Notes: generated by a model from the letters alone, not told the origin. Positions 28,682-43,585 are shown, numbered from the stretch's first letter. The stretch is 64,000 bases of DNA from Macrostomum lignano (GCA_002269645.1 NIVC01000202.1:1-64000), one strand, 5' to 3'. Translations and numbers: made by a program.

Positions 28682-29660
28682 AAATAGAATGGATTGCTAA
28701 TCCAGCCTACATCAATGAGGTAATAGGATGGATTGCTAATCTAGCCTACATCAATGAGGTAATAGGATGGATTGCTAATCTAGCCTACATCAATGAGGTA
28801 ATAGGATGGATTGCTAATCCAGCCTACATCAATGAGGTAATAGGATGGATTGTTAATCTAGCCTACATCAATCCTACATCAATGAGGTAATAGGATGGAT
28901 TGCTAATCTAGCCTACATCAATGAGTTAATAGGATGGATTGCTAATCTAGCCAACATCATCAATGAGGTAATAGGATGGATTGCTAATCCAGCCTACATC
29001 AATGAGGTAATAGGATGGATTGCTTATCTAGCCTACATCAATGAGGTAATAGGATGGATTGCTAATCCAGCCTACATCAATGAGGTAATAGGATGGATTG
29101 CTAATCTAGCCTACATCAATGAGGTAATAGGATGGATTGCTAATCCAGCCTACATCAATGAGGTAATAGGATGGATTGCTAATCCAGCCTACATCAATGA
29201 GGTAATAGGATGGATTGCTAATCCAGCCTACATCAATGAGGTAATATGATGGATTGCTAATCTAGCCTACATCAATGAGGTAATAGGATGGATTGCTAAT
29301 CTAGCCTACATCAATGAGGTAATAGGATGGATTGCTAATCTAGCCAACATCATCAATGAGGTAATAGGATGGATTGCTAATCTAGCCTACATCAATGAGG
29401 TAATAGGATGGATTGCTAATCTAGCCTACATCAATGAGGTAATAGGATGGATTGCTAATCTAGCCTACATCAAAGAGGGAATACAATCGATTGCTAATCT
29501 AGCCTACATCAAAAAAGGAATAGAATGAATGGATTGCTAATCTAGCCTACACCAATTATAGAATCAATGGATTTCTAATCTAGCCAACATCATCAATGAG
29601 GGAATTGCTAATCTAACCACCATCATCAACGAGGGAATATAATGGATTGCTAATCTAGCA
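28682..29660. repeat. 39-bp minisatellite (gattgctaatctagcctacatcaatgaggtaataggatg)
   Basis: Directly visible; same family and orientation as 16496-17475. Confidence 0.96.
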
Positions 29661-29870
29661 AACAAGTGACGGCCAAAATAGTCAGCAAGCGCCGGGAAGC
29701 CGGGCTTAGCAATAACGAATTGCATCCGCCATCCTCTCCTAAACTCACCTTTCGTCAGGAAGTTCTCGCACTGAAGCTGGCTACTCGCGCCGTCTGCTCG
29801 GTTCTCAGCGTCCCAACGCTTTCCAATTGCGAGGGAATCGCGGCGAACCGCCTGCCGACAATTTACAGAT

Positions 29871-30018
<148 letters not shown>

Positions 30019-30494
30019 CGGGGGTAGGGGAAGAGGCTGGGGCAGTTCGGGACAGAAGAATGAGGCAAATGGGGAGCAGCTGATAGGGCGGGCCTGACCC
30101 TGAGATCCGGGCCTTCTTTGAGAAGCGGCTGGGCACCCCCCTCCCCAGCCCTTTGTCGAGTGCGATGGAAAAGATGAAAGAGAGCGCAATAGGCGGAGGT
30201 GAAGATGGGGGAGAGATTCTGAGGTCTGCTGCTGCATCAGCGGCAATCTCGACTCTCCACTGCGGGCCCGGAAGCCCCCTCCCCAGCCCCACGTCAGATA
30301 AGAGACCCGAGATGCGCCTAATGGATAGGAGGCGGGTTAGTTATCGAGTTGCTTCAAAATCTTTATCTCTCTTTATTTTTAGATAAGTTCGGTGTAAGCC
30401 ACTAAGGCTGATCTTATTGAATGAAATTTACAGGTAGAAAGTTGAAATTGTGAAGTTCGAAATTTAAAAAAGCCAGAAACTATTGAAACTTGAA

Positions 30495-30689
30495 GCTGCT
30501 AAAGTAGAAAGGAGAGAAGGAGAGGAGAGAAGAGGAGAGGAGAGAGGAGATTAGAAAGAAGGGAGCTGAGAGAAGAGACGAAAGCCTTGAGCGCGCCGGA
30601 TTGCTATTGTGAAGTTTCAAAGGACCCGAGGGCCGATAGAGGCTTAGCCGGCCCCATGTGACCCGCGGGCCGAGGTTTGCCGACCCCTG
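30495..30689 (+). mobile_element. hAT/Charlie-like MITE fragment (right end)
   Basis: Ends gacccgcgggccgaggtttgccgacccctg, typical of a Charlie/MER58-type right terminus; shares internal sequence with 1158-1210. Confidence 0.6.
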
Positions 30690-32999
30690 GATTACACTAA
30701 AAGCAATGCAATGCCCATGGACTGCAAAATGCCTAAAACCAAAAGAGTACCAAGCTAACATTTTTGGGCTCCTACCTTTCTACCATTGACAAAAGTCTGC
30801 AACTTTTGTACTGAATATTAATTAACTCGGCAATATAACACAATATATATTTGTGAAAGTAGCCTGCTGTTTATATGAACGTGTCACCGAAATTTTAGTC
30901 CAATTTAAAGTTGCAGACTTTTGTCCATGGTCGAGAAGTACGGGACTGATTGAGGATTTAGGATTTGGCTTCCGCTTTTATAGCAATATTGGCGCCTCAG
31001 TAGTCTTTGCCCAGAACTTTCCCAGTTAATGCCGTTAGCTAGCAACAATGAGTTCGGCAAGGACAACTTGATCAAGTTATCAAGTTGTCCTTGGAGTTCG
31101 GCTTGCCAAAAAATCCCAAACCTCCCTTCAACTGTGTCCGGTAATACAGCAGCTGCTAACGACAATAATTAGCAAAATTAGCACTTTTGCATCAGTCATT
31201 CCAGTCACTCATCCGCTGTCCCCAGAGACCGACGGGTAAAAGGAGAGACATAGGAAGAGAATCCAGATGAGTACTCAGGCAGATATCTCAAAAATGAGGC
31301 CACTTCACAGTTTTTATCATCCTATTTGAGTTCAATGCCTGCACGCTTCACTGCGTGGAAAACAGGACCTGTAGACTTTTTAGTATTTAACAGGCGCGTC
31401 GCCACCGGGGGGGGACACTGGGACAGGGGGGACATGCCAATGCTTTGTCCCCCACCCCACCTTGTGACCACCCGTTGTGGTAATGAATTCTTTTTCTTCA
31501 AAGCGCTAAAATATAGTGCCTGCGGCGCCAAAATGCGGCTCACATTTATTGGCAAGGGAGAATTGGATTGAATTGGTCAAGGGAGTTGTGTACAAGTGTA
31601 CAAGACACTTGTATGGTGCCCACAGCCCATCTGTAAATATTGCTGCTATTGTGTGACCTCTCCAAGGACTCTGAGCTGAGGCCCTCGGGCGAAGCTTAGG
31701 ACTTCTCCCCGTTCAGCTCCTTAAAAATGGGCAACTCAGACTCCAAAGATAATAAAAAAACACAGACCGTGTACAAGGTTTAACTTTTGCATAGCTCGTT
31801 AAGCTTCTCTGGTTCTTCTCCAGATTACATGGGGAAATTGTATTTCCGAGTAAGCTCAGCTCACACGCACTTTTTTATCGGGTAGACGTGCTCAACGTGC
31901 TCCTCTCGTTACGGATGCGGATACCGAAGCAGTAGCAGGTTCGATTCGACAATACAGTAATTATAATGCTGTACTCGTATGCCGGCAGTCTCCTCTGTGC
32001 ATTCCCTCTACCTGTGGATTCGATGAGCGGAAAAAAGGCAAAAGAAGCAGATTCGCTCCTGTGAGGACGCTACAGCTCGCATCACCGCTTGAGCGGGCTC
32101 GAATCAGACTCTCCCGAGTCAGGCGCTCTGATTCGCATTCGCAAATCTGTCATCTAATTAATGCCCGAGAGAATGCGCCGGCATAGAAGCCCATGCGAGG
32201 ACGACGGTGCGAATAATGATGGAGATTGGGCGATGAAGCGCAGAAGCTGGGGGGCGGCGGCGGCAGGGTATTTGATGTAGCTAAAGGCAACTCAATGACA
32301 ACTGAGCGAAGAACTAATGGTAATAATGTTATTTAATTGCTTTCCTCCTAGAGTTCTAAAAAAGACAAAATGAATACTCGTATTTTCGAATGTGATTTCT
32401 TTGACAAAAAAACAGATGTTTATTCTTAGCAAGCGTAGCCTGGAGATTGGTGTCAGTTGAGATACAATAACAGTATCTGGGCCAAGAATTAGCTTATTAG
32501 TCGCGTGTGACGCCGTAGCATCTGAAGATTAGATTAGAAAAACAACTGCTTCTAAAAACAGCCGACCCTTGAGAACATCAGGTAATGAAGTTTAGAGCGC
32601 AAGACTTGCAGATGAAGCCAACATGAGGCTGGATTGCATTTATAGTCAAGTACTCCGTCTCAATTCCGTCTCAATTTCCGTCTCAAGATGCTTACTTCTT
32701 AGAGATTCATTTTGTTCTGTTCCAAAGGGATAATATTGCTGTTTTTGTCTGTAAACTGGACCGCATCTTTGTGTTCGTGACAATTAGTTGTAGTATGATA
32801 ACTCAAGGCACACTTCCCGATAACAATTTGTGTTTGTACTTTGTATTATCGCACTCTCGTACAAGCTGAACAGTGGTAATGTGTTAATAACAGCCAGGTG
32901 TTGAGGCCAGGACGCATGACACGTATAGATTCGCGAACTCATATAGAGGCAATATGGCATTATATAGCATCCGAAATTCCGCAATCCGCTCCGGAGCGC

Positions 33000-33950
33000 T
33001 CCGACGCCTTTGATATTGCAGTGCCTTTCTGTCTCTCTTTCATCTTTTTGGTATTATTCTACCCTTATACATGCAGCACTCGCAATTTGCTACCTGTGGC
33101 ACTGCCTCTCAAGCTCGGCCTTCGACGTTCCATGTCGCAATCTTGTCTTTCTCCTGGGTGAAGCCGCTGCACTTTCTTTGACGACAGCAACTCATCCTCC
33201 AGCTGTCGTGCAATCGCTCTCTTCCGTTCGGCCTCCGCTTTTTTCGCCTCATTTTTTACGCTCACGCATTAAGGCCAGCTTCAACGAACGGCTTTGCAAA
33301 CAGTTTTCACAGATATCATCAGTGCGTAGTAAACATGCGCTGATTAGGGTAGCAACCACACAAGCCACGCTTTGTAGAGAGCAGCTTGCTCAGGTTCTGA
33401 AAGAACGCGCTGTTTACTCGAAGCGTTTCCAGGTGGAGTACTCTAGACGGTGGACAACACTTAGGCAGCAACCAACTGGACCAACTTTATCTTGTGAGTG
33501 GTCTCGAGCTTCAATCACTTCCGACCAGTGCGACACAATGTCCTGCTGCCTGAGCCCGTCGTGAATCCCAAGAGTTCAGTGAAAGTTAAGAGACGCTGGG
33601 TGCCGTCAGCGCGGGGCAACATCCTTTTCTGTATCGTTTCTTCGCATCATTGTTCCTGTTCTTCATCAACTAGTGAGTCAGCCTTCTCTCCCACAAAAAT
33701 GTCAGGTCACCGTCTACCGTCGCCATCTGATTGCCATTTATCGGCCCCTGCATCTGGTCGAGCTGTCACATCTATTTTGTGAGAGCGCGTGTCATCACGA
33801 AAAATTGGCCTCGATACAATAATGGCGAGCAGTTCGACCGAGAGGCGCTAGGCCGCCAAGCTCTGTTGGCTATCCGTCGTATTGAAATGGAGACGTCAAA
33901 AATGCGATTGATGATCAATTGCGCTTTTATGCAGTCCTACAGTTAACCCT
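33000..33950 (-). pseudogene. Possible heavily decayed hAT-type transposase fragment
   Basis: Stop- and frameshift-riddled minus-strand translation with weak resemblance to hAT C-termini (PDIFVGEKADSL, DIVSHWSEVIEARD, then a charged coiled-coil AEAERKRAIARQLEDE). Resemblance only. Confidence 0.25.
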
Positions 33951-35409
33951 TCTTCCTCTCAGACGATTTTAAAAGTAGAATGCAACCCTCTCAGGGAAGG
34001 AATATTAAACTTCTCAGACAGGACAGACACCTTCGGTTAATTAAACACGACACCGACAAACAGTATGCCAAATAAGATCAGATAAATAGGACGCGAAATT
34101 CTCTCTTCAAGGTGAATTTACCGATGATTAAACGCAGGATCTGCACGTCCTCAATTTTATTTCCAGTAGTCTCGCATTCGCAGCGCACACTCGTATCTTC
34201 CGAATTTGTTTTTTTTTTGAAAATGGTATATTTATTGTTCTATGTGTCATCAGTCAGGAAACACGAAAGCAAAACAAGAAAAACACACAACACCCGATAA
34301 CCGGAACCGCCTCAAGGCATCATAGAGGTTATACCTTTATCTACAGTCAGCCGCATTTCGGGACCTGTGTCAGCAAGGTGTAAGCGCAAAAGAATGAAAC
34401 AAGAGAAACGCAATCGGCAGTACAGGTTATAACAGCAGGATGAGAATGGCCTCTTACAGCAATTACTAAGGGAAGGAATTAGCGGATGAGTAGTTGGTGG
34501 ACCTACTCCAATTTGCACACACGAGTTTAGGGCAGAAAAACCACAAAAATGAGTTTTATGATGATGCCAACTTGATGAACCGCCGCCTCAGAATTAACAG
34601 AAATGATAATGATAAGTCAAACCTTGGTCGCTAAAACACGCGCACACTTGCAATTGTGCCTACTGATATAAGTAGTTTAGATCTGGTAATCATTTTTTAC
34701 AATTCCTAGTGTTTTATACGCTCTTATCAAGTTATTTAGCATGCTGTCAACCAAAGATTAACTGAAAAAGGTAAATCAAAATAAATATATATATATATAT
34801 ATATATTATACAAAAAATAACGCCAGAGAAAATAAAGATAGATTTAAATATGCATTAGTACGCAATAATGGACAGGATTTCTTTCACAATAATCCTATAT
34901 TAGAAGTGGCACCTAATTAATCAAACAACAGTCGATTAAAACGCTGATTTAGCAATCCATTCCGGGTGCAATTCAGCATAACATTCAGATTAACATGCTA
35001 GCTTAGACAAGTCCTTGGACCATAACAATAAAAGCCAGTATTGTCCAGCAAGCGCTATAGACAGACAAACATTCAGCCAAATCAAATGCCAGGTTTTACA
35101 TATTATTATTATTACGAAGTATTATAGCCGAGAGAACGGATTAACGGAATCAAATAAATTTAAAATACGCCTGTACTAAACAGAGCACAAAGACAGGCCT
35201 CTCAAAGCTAGGGCATTTGATGTACAGTGGGTGATGGGGTTGGAGGGGAGCACAGATTTTAGACTAATAGAAGAAAACACAAAATCGAGACCCCGCTAGC
35301 AACACACAAAAACTCGGAACGCACACAAAAGTAATTTTTTAGTCAGCCAAATCGAATGACCAACAACACTGATAGCGGGGAGATGACAGTAGCCGTTGCG
35401 GCGCGGTCC

Positions 35410-38400
35410 CTAATCGGCTGTTTCAATCTGGCCAATATTGGATCTGCTAGAACTGGGTGCGCTAGTGAAGCCCAGCATATCCGAGTGCACTTTGGTCTTC
35501 TTTGCTTTCTTCTTTTTCTTGCTGCTGGCGACCGGCTGGAAATTGTTTCTCTCGTCTCTTCCGGTCTTTCCGCCACTGGCGCCCAGGGCGGCTCCCGTAG
35601 AGAAGGCGGCGGCGGCCGAAACGCCAGAGGCGGATAAATGCTGCGAATGGGGAAGGGGGGATGGCGGTAGTCTTTGTTAGTCTTGGTGCCGAACCTGCCA
35701 CGAATGCTTATCCTAGCAAAATCGATGCTTATTATGGCATCTCAATGCTTATCCTAGCAAAATCGATGCTTATCCTGGCATCTCAATGCTTATCCTTGCA
35801 TCTCAATGATTATCCTAGCAAAATCAATGCTTATCCTGGCATTTCAATGCTTATCCTTGCATCTCAATGATTATCCTAGCAAAATCAATGCTTATCCTGG
35901 CATCTCAATGCTTATCCTGGCATCTTGATGCTTATCCTGGCATCTCCCTACATATCCTGGCATCTCGATGCTTATCCTGGCATCTCCCTACATATCCTGG
36001 CATCTCGATGCTTATCCTGGCATCTCCCTACATATCCTGGCATCTCGATGCTTATCCTGGCATCTCCCTACATATCCTGGCATCTTGATGCTTATCCTGG
36101 CATCTCCCTACATATCCTGGCATCTCGATGCTTATCCTGGCATCTCCCTACATATCCAGACATCTCGATGCTTATCCTGGCATCTCAATGCTTATCCTTT
36201 CATCTCAATGATTATCCTAGCAAAATCAATGCTTATCCTGGCATCTCAATGCTTATCCTTGCATCTCAATGATTATCCTAGCAAAATCAATGCTTATCCT
36301 GGCATCTCAATGCTTATCCTGGCATCTTGATGCTTATCCTGGCATCTCCCTACATATCCTGGCATCTCCCTACATATCCTGGCATCTCGATGCTTATCCT
36401 GGCATCTCCCTACATATCCTGGCATCTTGATGCTTATCCTGGCATCTCCCTACATATCCTGGCATCTCGATGCTTATCCTGGCATCTCCCTACATATCCA
36501 GGCATCTCGATGCTTATCCTGGCATCTCAATGCTTATCCTTTCATCTCAATGATTATCCTAGCAAAATCAATGCTTATCCTGGCATCTCAATGCTTATCC
36601 TTGCATCTCAATGATTATCCTAGCAAAATCAATGCTTATCCTGGCATCTCAATGCTTATCCTGGCATCTTGATGCTTATCCTGGCATCTCCCTACATATC
36701 CTGGCATCTCCCTACATATCCTGGCATCTCGATGCTTATCCTTGCATCTCAATGATTATCCTAGCAAAATCAATGCTTATCCTGGCATCTCGATGCTTAT
36801 CCTGGCATCTCAATGCTTATCCTGGCATCTTGATGCTTATCCTGGCATCTCCCTACATATCCTGGCATCTTGATGCTTATCCTGGCATCTCAATGCTTAT
36901 CCTGGCATCTCCCTACATATCCTGGCATCTCGATGCTTATCCTGGCATCTCAATGCTTATCCAGGCATCTTGATGCTTATCCTAGCAAAATCAATGCTTA
37001 TCCTGGCATCTCCCTACATATCCTGGCATCTCAATGCTTATCCTGGCATCTCAATGATTATCCTAGCAAAATCAATGCTTATCCTGGCATCTCAATGCTT
37101 ATCCTGGCATCTCAATGATTATCCTAGCAAAATCAATGCTTATCCTGGCATCTCGATGCTTATCCTGGCATCTCAATGCTTATCCTGGCATCTTGATGCT
37201 TATCCTGGCATCTCAATGCTTATCCTGGCATCTCAATGCTTATCCTGGCATCTCAATGCTTATCCTGGCATCTCACTACATATCCTGGCATCTCGATGCT
37301 TATCCTGGCATCTCAATGCTTATCCTGGCATCTTGATGCTTATCCTGGCATCTCCCTACATATCCTGGCATCTCGATGCTTATCCTGGCATCTCAATGCT
37401 TATCCTGGCATCTTGATGCTTATCCTGGCATCTCCCTACATATCCTGGCATCTTGATGCTTATCCTGGCATCTCCCTACATATCCTGGCATCTCAATGCT
37501 TATCCTGGCATCTCAATGATTATCCTAGCAAAATCAATGCTTATCCTGGCATCTCAATGCTTATCCTGGCATCTCAATGATTATCCTAGCAAAATCAATG
37601 CTTATCCTGGCATCTCAATGCTTATCCTGGCATCTCAATGATTATCCTAGCAAAATCAATGCTTATCCTGGCATCTCGATGCTTATCCTGGCATCTCAAT
37701 GCTTATCCTGGCATCTTGATGCTTATCCTGGCATCTCAATGCTTATCCTGGCATCTCAATGCTTATCCTGGCATCTCACTACATATCCTGGCATCTCGAT
37801 GCTTATCCTGGCATCTCAATGCTTATCCTGGCATCTCGATGCTTATCCTGGCATCTCAATGCTTATCCTGGCATCTTGATGCTTATCCTGGCATCTCCCT
37901 ACATATCCTGGCATCTTGATGCTTATCCTGGCATCTCCCTACATATCCTGGCATCTCAATGCTTATCCTGGCATCTTGATGCTTATCCTGGCATCTCCCT
38001 ACATATCCTGGCATCTCAATGCTTATCCTAACATCTCAATGATTATCCTAGCAAAATCAATGCTTATCCTGGCATCTCAATGCTTATCCTGGCATCTCAA
38101 TGATTATCCTAGCAAAATCAATGCTTATCCTGGCATCTCAATGCTTATCCTGGCATCTCAATGATTATCCTAGCAAAATCAATGCTTATCCTGGCATCTC
38201 AATGCTTATCCTGGCATCTCAATGATTATCCTAGAAAAATCAATGCTTATCCTGGCATCTCTAACAACTGGCGCTAAAGAATCCAATTTAAGTGTGCTGC
38301 AACCTAAGATCTCTATGGCCTATCCTTGCACCACCCAAATGATGAATTTTGAAGCTCACCTGGTCGCCACCATTTCTCTCCTGATACTTGTATTCTATTC

Positions 38401-41400
38401 GCTTCTTTAGAAAATTTTTACTAAACTCGGCAGTCCGCGCAGTCTCGCCCAGGTAACTCTTAATTAGATCGTCGACATCATTAGGATCTTCGATGTCCTT
38501 GAGCAGCTCAATGAGGGTTGGAATGTCAACCTGGGTATCGAGGCCCTTCAACTGCTGCTGGCACCAGATAGTCAGGGAATCGCCGCCTGAACTGCCCTGC
38601 CTAGCCAGACTCTGTTGAAACACCTGCTGCGCTTTGTCTTCATCGCGGACTTTACGGCTGGCAACCTCAGCTGCTGACTGAGCTGGCGGCGCTCGCGGCT
38701 GCTTAGCCGGCTGCGCTCGCGGCTTGGGCGCCTGACTAGTCGCTGGAGACTTGACAGCCGCCGCGTTGCCACTGATTGACAGCGATTCAAAATTCCAAAT
38801 CGAAGCGGGCGCTTGAGTTGCAGGCGCCGCGGCGGGTGGCGCTGGGGCAGGCGGCGGCGCCGGAGTTGGCGCAGGCGCGGATTCGCGCACTTTGCCGGAC
38901 CAAAGCGCCGACGGGTTGGCCGCCGTGTAGCCGCCGGCGCCGCCGCTAGCCCGAACAAAAATATGCTGCTGCTGCTGTTGCTGCTGCCGTTGCTGACGCT
39001 TCGCCTCCTCTTCCGCTTGAATCTCGGCCAGAGACTTGGCCGGGCCGGATCGAAGGGAGCCGCCCCAGGGCGCGCCGGCGGCCTGAGCCCGAGCCGCGGC
39101 GGCCAGCTCGCGTTCCTGCTGCTCAACTTGACGCTGGCGCTGCTGCTCCTGCTGCAACGATTGCTCCTGGGCTCGCTGAATCTCCAGCAACGACTGCGCC
39201 TGGGTGGCGGGACTCGCGGTCGTGGTTGGCGCGCTGCCGACGGTGCTAGACACTGCCCAGCGGGCCCCTGGCGGCAATCGGAAATTCGGGCTGAACTCCT
39301 GCTGGGGCGGCGAGTTCAATTGCTGCGGCTGCGACTGGGGCGGCGAGGACGCCGTTTGTTGTTGCTGCTGCTGGTCCAGCCGCTTCCATTTCATCTCTGA
39401 CATCTGCATGATCAGCTGCATCTGCCGTTCGGCTTCGTCAGCCTCCTGCTGGGCCACCGCAGATTCAGCAGCCTGTCGCTGCTTTCTGCCAGTTTCTTCA
39501 GCCTGGCGCCTGGCGGCTTCCTCAGCAGCCTGTCGCTGTTTTCTGCCAGTTTCTTCAGCCTGGCGCCTGGCGGCTTCCTCAGCAGCCGGTCGCTGTTTTC
39601 TGCCAGTTTCTTCAGCCTGGCGCCTGGCGGCTTCCTCAGCAGCGGCCGCGGCGGCTGCCACCTGCTTTTTCTGCATGGCCAGCGCCTCCTCAGTTTGCCG
39701 CTGCTGCCTCATGATCTCCTCCGCTTCCCGTTGCCTAGCCAGCTGCTTAGCCAACTCTTCAGCCTGCTGCTGACGCTGAAGCTCTTCAGCCTGGCGCTGC
39801 TGATTGGCCAGCTCCTCAGCCCGCTGCCTAGCCAGCTCCAGCTCGCGCCGCATCTCATCTTCTTGTTGAGCGCGCAGCTTCTCAGCCTCTAATCGTCGGA
39901 GCTGCTCTTCGGCCGCCAACCGCTGCCTATTCTGCTCCTCTAAGTCTCTGGCCCGCTTCTCCTCCAGCTCCCGCCTTGCACGTTCAATCTCCATCTGTTC
40001 CATTCTCAGCTTCTCCTCCTGTTCTCGGAGCGCCTTGGCCCGCTGTTCGAGTTCGGCCTCTAAGGAGCTGCGCATTATCTGCAGCATCTCCGGCATGAGG
40101 GCGGCGGCTGCAGGCACCGCGGCCACCGGAGCCGCTGAAACAACTGGTGCCACCGACTGACCGCCAACGTCCGGCTCAAGGGGCGCCGGCGACTGAGACC
40201 GATTCGAGCCCGGGCTAGCCGAGCCCCGAGCGAACGGATTGCCCGAGTATAAGCGGAAAAAATCCGACAGCTGAGCAAACCTGGCGTCCTCTATCCGGCG
40301 GACCATCAGTTCCGGTTGGAAATAGCCGCCCCTGTGCCACTCCAGCATCTGCTGCGAGCTGAATGGTCCCTGCACCTGGCCGACTCTGTCCTGGTACAGC
40401 CAGCTGCGACTGGCCGGCTGCTGGACTCGCGGCTTCATCATTGGCGACTCGTCTACTTTGTCGCCGCTTTCCTCAGCCAGATGCTCGGCGCTGTCCACCA
40501 GCTGCGGCAAATCGTCGTCCTCGTCGTGATCCTCCGGTGCACCGCCGCCGCCGACCTCCGGCGACTTTTTGGTCGCTGCGATGAACTTTCCGCTGTAGAA
40601 GGTGCCACCGCCGCCGCCGCCACCACCGCTGGCAGCGCCGCCAACTCCAACATCGTCAACGTCGTGGCTCCATTCGGGCAGGGCTTCGCCGCCGCTGTTG
40701 TCGCTTGGATCGCCTGCAAAGCAGACCGGAGTCTCCTTTAAAACAAGCGGCTCACACAGATTGACAATAACTAGTAAAATCTGTCTTTATTGTAAATTAC
40801 TCTTGTATACGTTTCTATTATACTTCAAGTAGGCCAGTAGGGAAAAAATAAAACTTTATTTTTAAATATATACATTGTCATAATACGAGTTAGATCTTTT
40901 TATTAGAGGCTGGGGGCTGTGTGCACCCTGGCGCACTTTAAGCGACATAGGCACACAACCGGCGAGAGGCATTACTGCCCATTCCACCGACTCCCCTGAG
41001 CAGGCATACAAGCGCGCGGATACGTACGCAGGCACACACTCACACAGGAGTGTACAGCGGCCCTAACTTTATTTATCGTTAGGCATGTACACTTCACTGT
41101 GCCTTGGGGGGTTGGCTCTCAAGGCCGTTAATTGCACGAGCGGAGCCAAGCCGAGATTCCAATTTAGCCTCAAATTAATGTGACTGCACTTGGAATCGAG
41201 CCTGGGCCGCTGGCACATCAGAGCGCCGCGCTAGACCGCTGGGCTACGGCCCCCCTTATACGAGCTAGATAGAATTTTTGAGAAAATTTAAATTATCAAT
41301 GATTAAATTAACAAAACTCGCACCTGCCCTACGACGCTGAGCAGCTTCAGAAGCATTTGGCGACGGTCCGCCTGTGGTCCCCAAGCGCCAGCGACCCGGA

Positions 41401-42615
41401 CCGGCTCGGCTCTCGCCTGACACCGGGTTTGCGGCGCCGCCGCCGCCGCGCGTTCGCCAAGCCCGCGGCGGCCCAGCCAGAGCGGCGTCGGCCGCGCCAC
41501 CACCCGTAGACGACGCGGCGACGGCGGGTTTTGACGATCGCGAGCGCCAGTCATCGTCGGCATCAGCGTTGCCGATTGGTCGTCTGGAGGGCTCGTGAAA
41601 GCTGCCGCTGCCGCCCGGCTCGCGACCGACGCTACTGGAGCCCAGCTGGCCCCGGCCGCGCCCCCGACCCCGATGGCTGCCGCCGCCGCGCTCCTGGGAG
41701 CCCGCGCCGACACCGCCGCCCCGACCGCGCGTCGAGTCACCAGGCGTCACCAGCCGTTCCCTGGCGTGCCTGTCACCCGGCTCACGATCTCGACTATCCA
41801 GTTCCCGACCGCCGCTAATTTCCCAGTCGCCGCGGTCCTTGTCTCTGCAGGTTTGGGCCGGGCATTGCAATATGTAAACATTTTAAGAGCAGGCTCTTTT
41901 AGTTAAATCATATGGCTTCTGGGTAGTGTCGACCTGAAGGAGCATGACTAAGTACTTAGGCTAATAATAGACTACACCTGCCCTACTGGGGCGCATCTTA
42001 AGGCTGCGTACGGCTGTTCAGTCCAAGGACTGGGGGGTCGCCACACACACCCTCAATTATCCCAGCTAATGCTGGCATCCATTTTGCAGCTGGGTGAACT
42101 GAAGCAATGCAGAGTTAAGTGTCCTGCTCAAGGGCACAAGTTTGTTCCTAGTGGGTCGAGAATCGAACCCCCGACCTTTCAGTCGTGAGTCCGACGACTA
42201 GGCTAATATTCATGCATAAGCCAACTTACCTATTATAATTTTTTAACACAGCCGCACTATTAAAGCCTTTGCTCATCAGGTATTGCTCTTTTTCGCTAAG
42301 CGGCACATTCGCTAAGGCTGCCTGCGGCTCGTTAGAACAAATCTCTGGAAACCTTGCCAAGCAGTTTGGTTTAGCAAACAGCATTGCCCTGTCGGCCAGC
42401 TTTAGAATTACTTCTCGGCTGTACCTGAAGGGCTGACCGCCGCCTCTACCTGAGCCGCCGCCGCCGCTGCCAGATTTCAAAGCACCAACAACGGCTGGCG
42501 CAGTTGGCGTTGTTGGCGGCGTAATGCCGTCTGCGTGGCCTCTCTGCAGTTCGTTAATCCAAGTTGGCCCGAATGCCAAGCCCTTGCGAGCGCGCGATTC
42601 TTTATTGTCAGTCAT
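35410..42615 (-). CDS. GIGYF: GIGYF (GRB10-interacting GYF protein; 4EHP-associated translational repressor)
   Basis: Exons 42615-42230, 41844-41324, 40713-38360 and 35640-35410, all phase-compatible GT-AG. N-terminal LAFGPTWI, FRYSREVIL and VPLSEKEQ...FNSAAVL; LPEW and GTFYSGKF; GYF domain WLYQDRVGQVQGPFSSQQMLEWHRGGYF; coiled coil; C-terminal WC.QQL..LDTQVDIPTLIELL and KKKKKAKKTKVHSDMLGF...NIGQIE. Confidence 0.93.
35700..38262. repeat. 20/21-bp minisatellite (atgcttatcctggcatctca and variants) filling the last GIGYF intron
   Basis: Directly visible, ~2.5 kb, with three recurring unit variants. Confidence 0.97.
39467..39637 (-). repeat. Three 57-bp coding repeats (19 aa, EEAARRQAEETGRKQRQAA) within the GIGYF coiled coil
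   Basis: Three near-identical tandem units in frame. Confidence 0.9.
40897..41257 (-). mobile_element. SINE family 2, copy 2 (GIGYF intron)
   Basis: Reverse complement of 12314-12698. The flanks ctagctcgtataa / ctaactcgtatta (minus strand) look like a ~13-bp TSD. Confidence 0.85.
41990..42205 (-). mobile_element. SINE family 1, copy 4 (3'-truncated, GIGYF intron)
   Basis: Reverse complement of 2299-2530. Confidence 0.87.
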
Positions 42616-43585
42616 TGCTGGCTTGATTTAAATCGGTTTGTTATTGCTTCTGTTGAATTGTTTTAATAGCCTTGACTGGGGCGGGATCTACAGAAAAAAA
42701 TGGAATAGAAGCTCCATTTAGTAAGATGCTGACCCTGCAAAAACTGTCTGTCTACTTAAAGTAATATACGAGCTAGTAAGGATTCAGAATTAAAATCCAT
42801 TGATAAAGTAACCTAAGTTTTGTAAGGATTTTTATACTTAAATCATTTAAAATATGATTTTTATATGTCCACTTATCTATCTACTTAAAGTAATACAGTA
42901 AGTATTCAGAAAAAAATCCATCGATAAAGTAACATGATTTGTGAGGATTGTTTATAGGCTTGTTATTAAATTATTAAATGCTTTTTAGTAGGTTTTCTGT
43001 ACAATTTATGCTACAGCTATGAAAACTATGCTAAAAAAATTTTACTAATTCATTTTGACTGACCAGTAAAGAAAAAATACATATGTTAACACAAACTTAA
43101 CTATGTCCTACTCTAAATGCTATCCAATCCATCTATTCAATGGCTGTTCTATGCAATAAATTGAGAACAAAATAATCTGAAATATTCCTTAAATTCTTAC
43201 TAATAATATGAAAATAAAAATAAAAAACTGATAGGTTTAGTATATAGAAGACAGACTAATATCTGAATCTAACTGTAGTCCCAACTTATTAAAGAAAATC
43301 AATTTTAATGTCATCAAACACTATTTTATTTTTTAGCAAATTTTATTTCAAAACAAAAAGGCAGCAAAAAGGAATCAGCCTATCCTAATTTTTGGAAGTG
43401 CCTTGACTTTTAGACAAAATATTTTATCAAACATTATTTTAAGAAATAGCAAAGTTTATTTAAAACAAATAGGTAGCAAAAAAGAATCAGAATTTCTGAA
43501 TTTTTTGAAGTGCCTTGACTTTGAGACAAATAAGCTAGGCTAGAAAATCAGACAAAAAACTTTGTCAGCTATAATATTATTTTCA

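Noticed and set aside
35661-38410. Cluster of MLILASQ ORFs
   Set aside because: Frame-shifting translations of a 20-bp intronic minisatellite.
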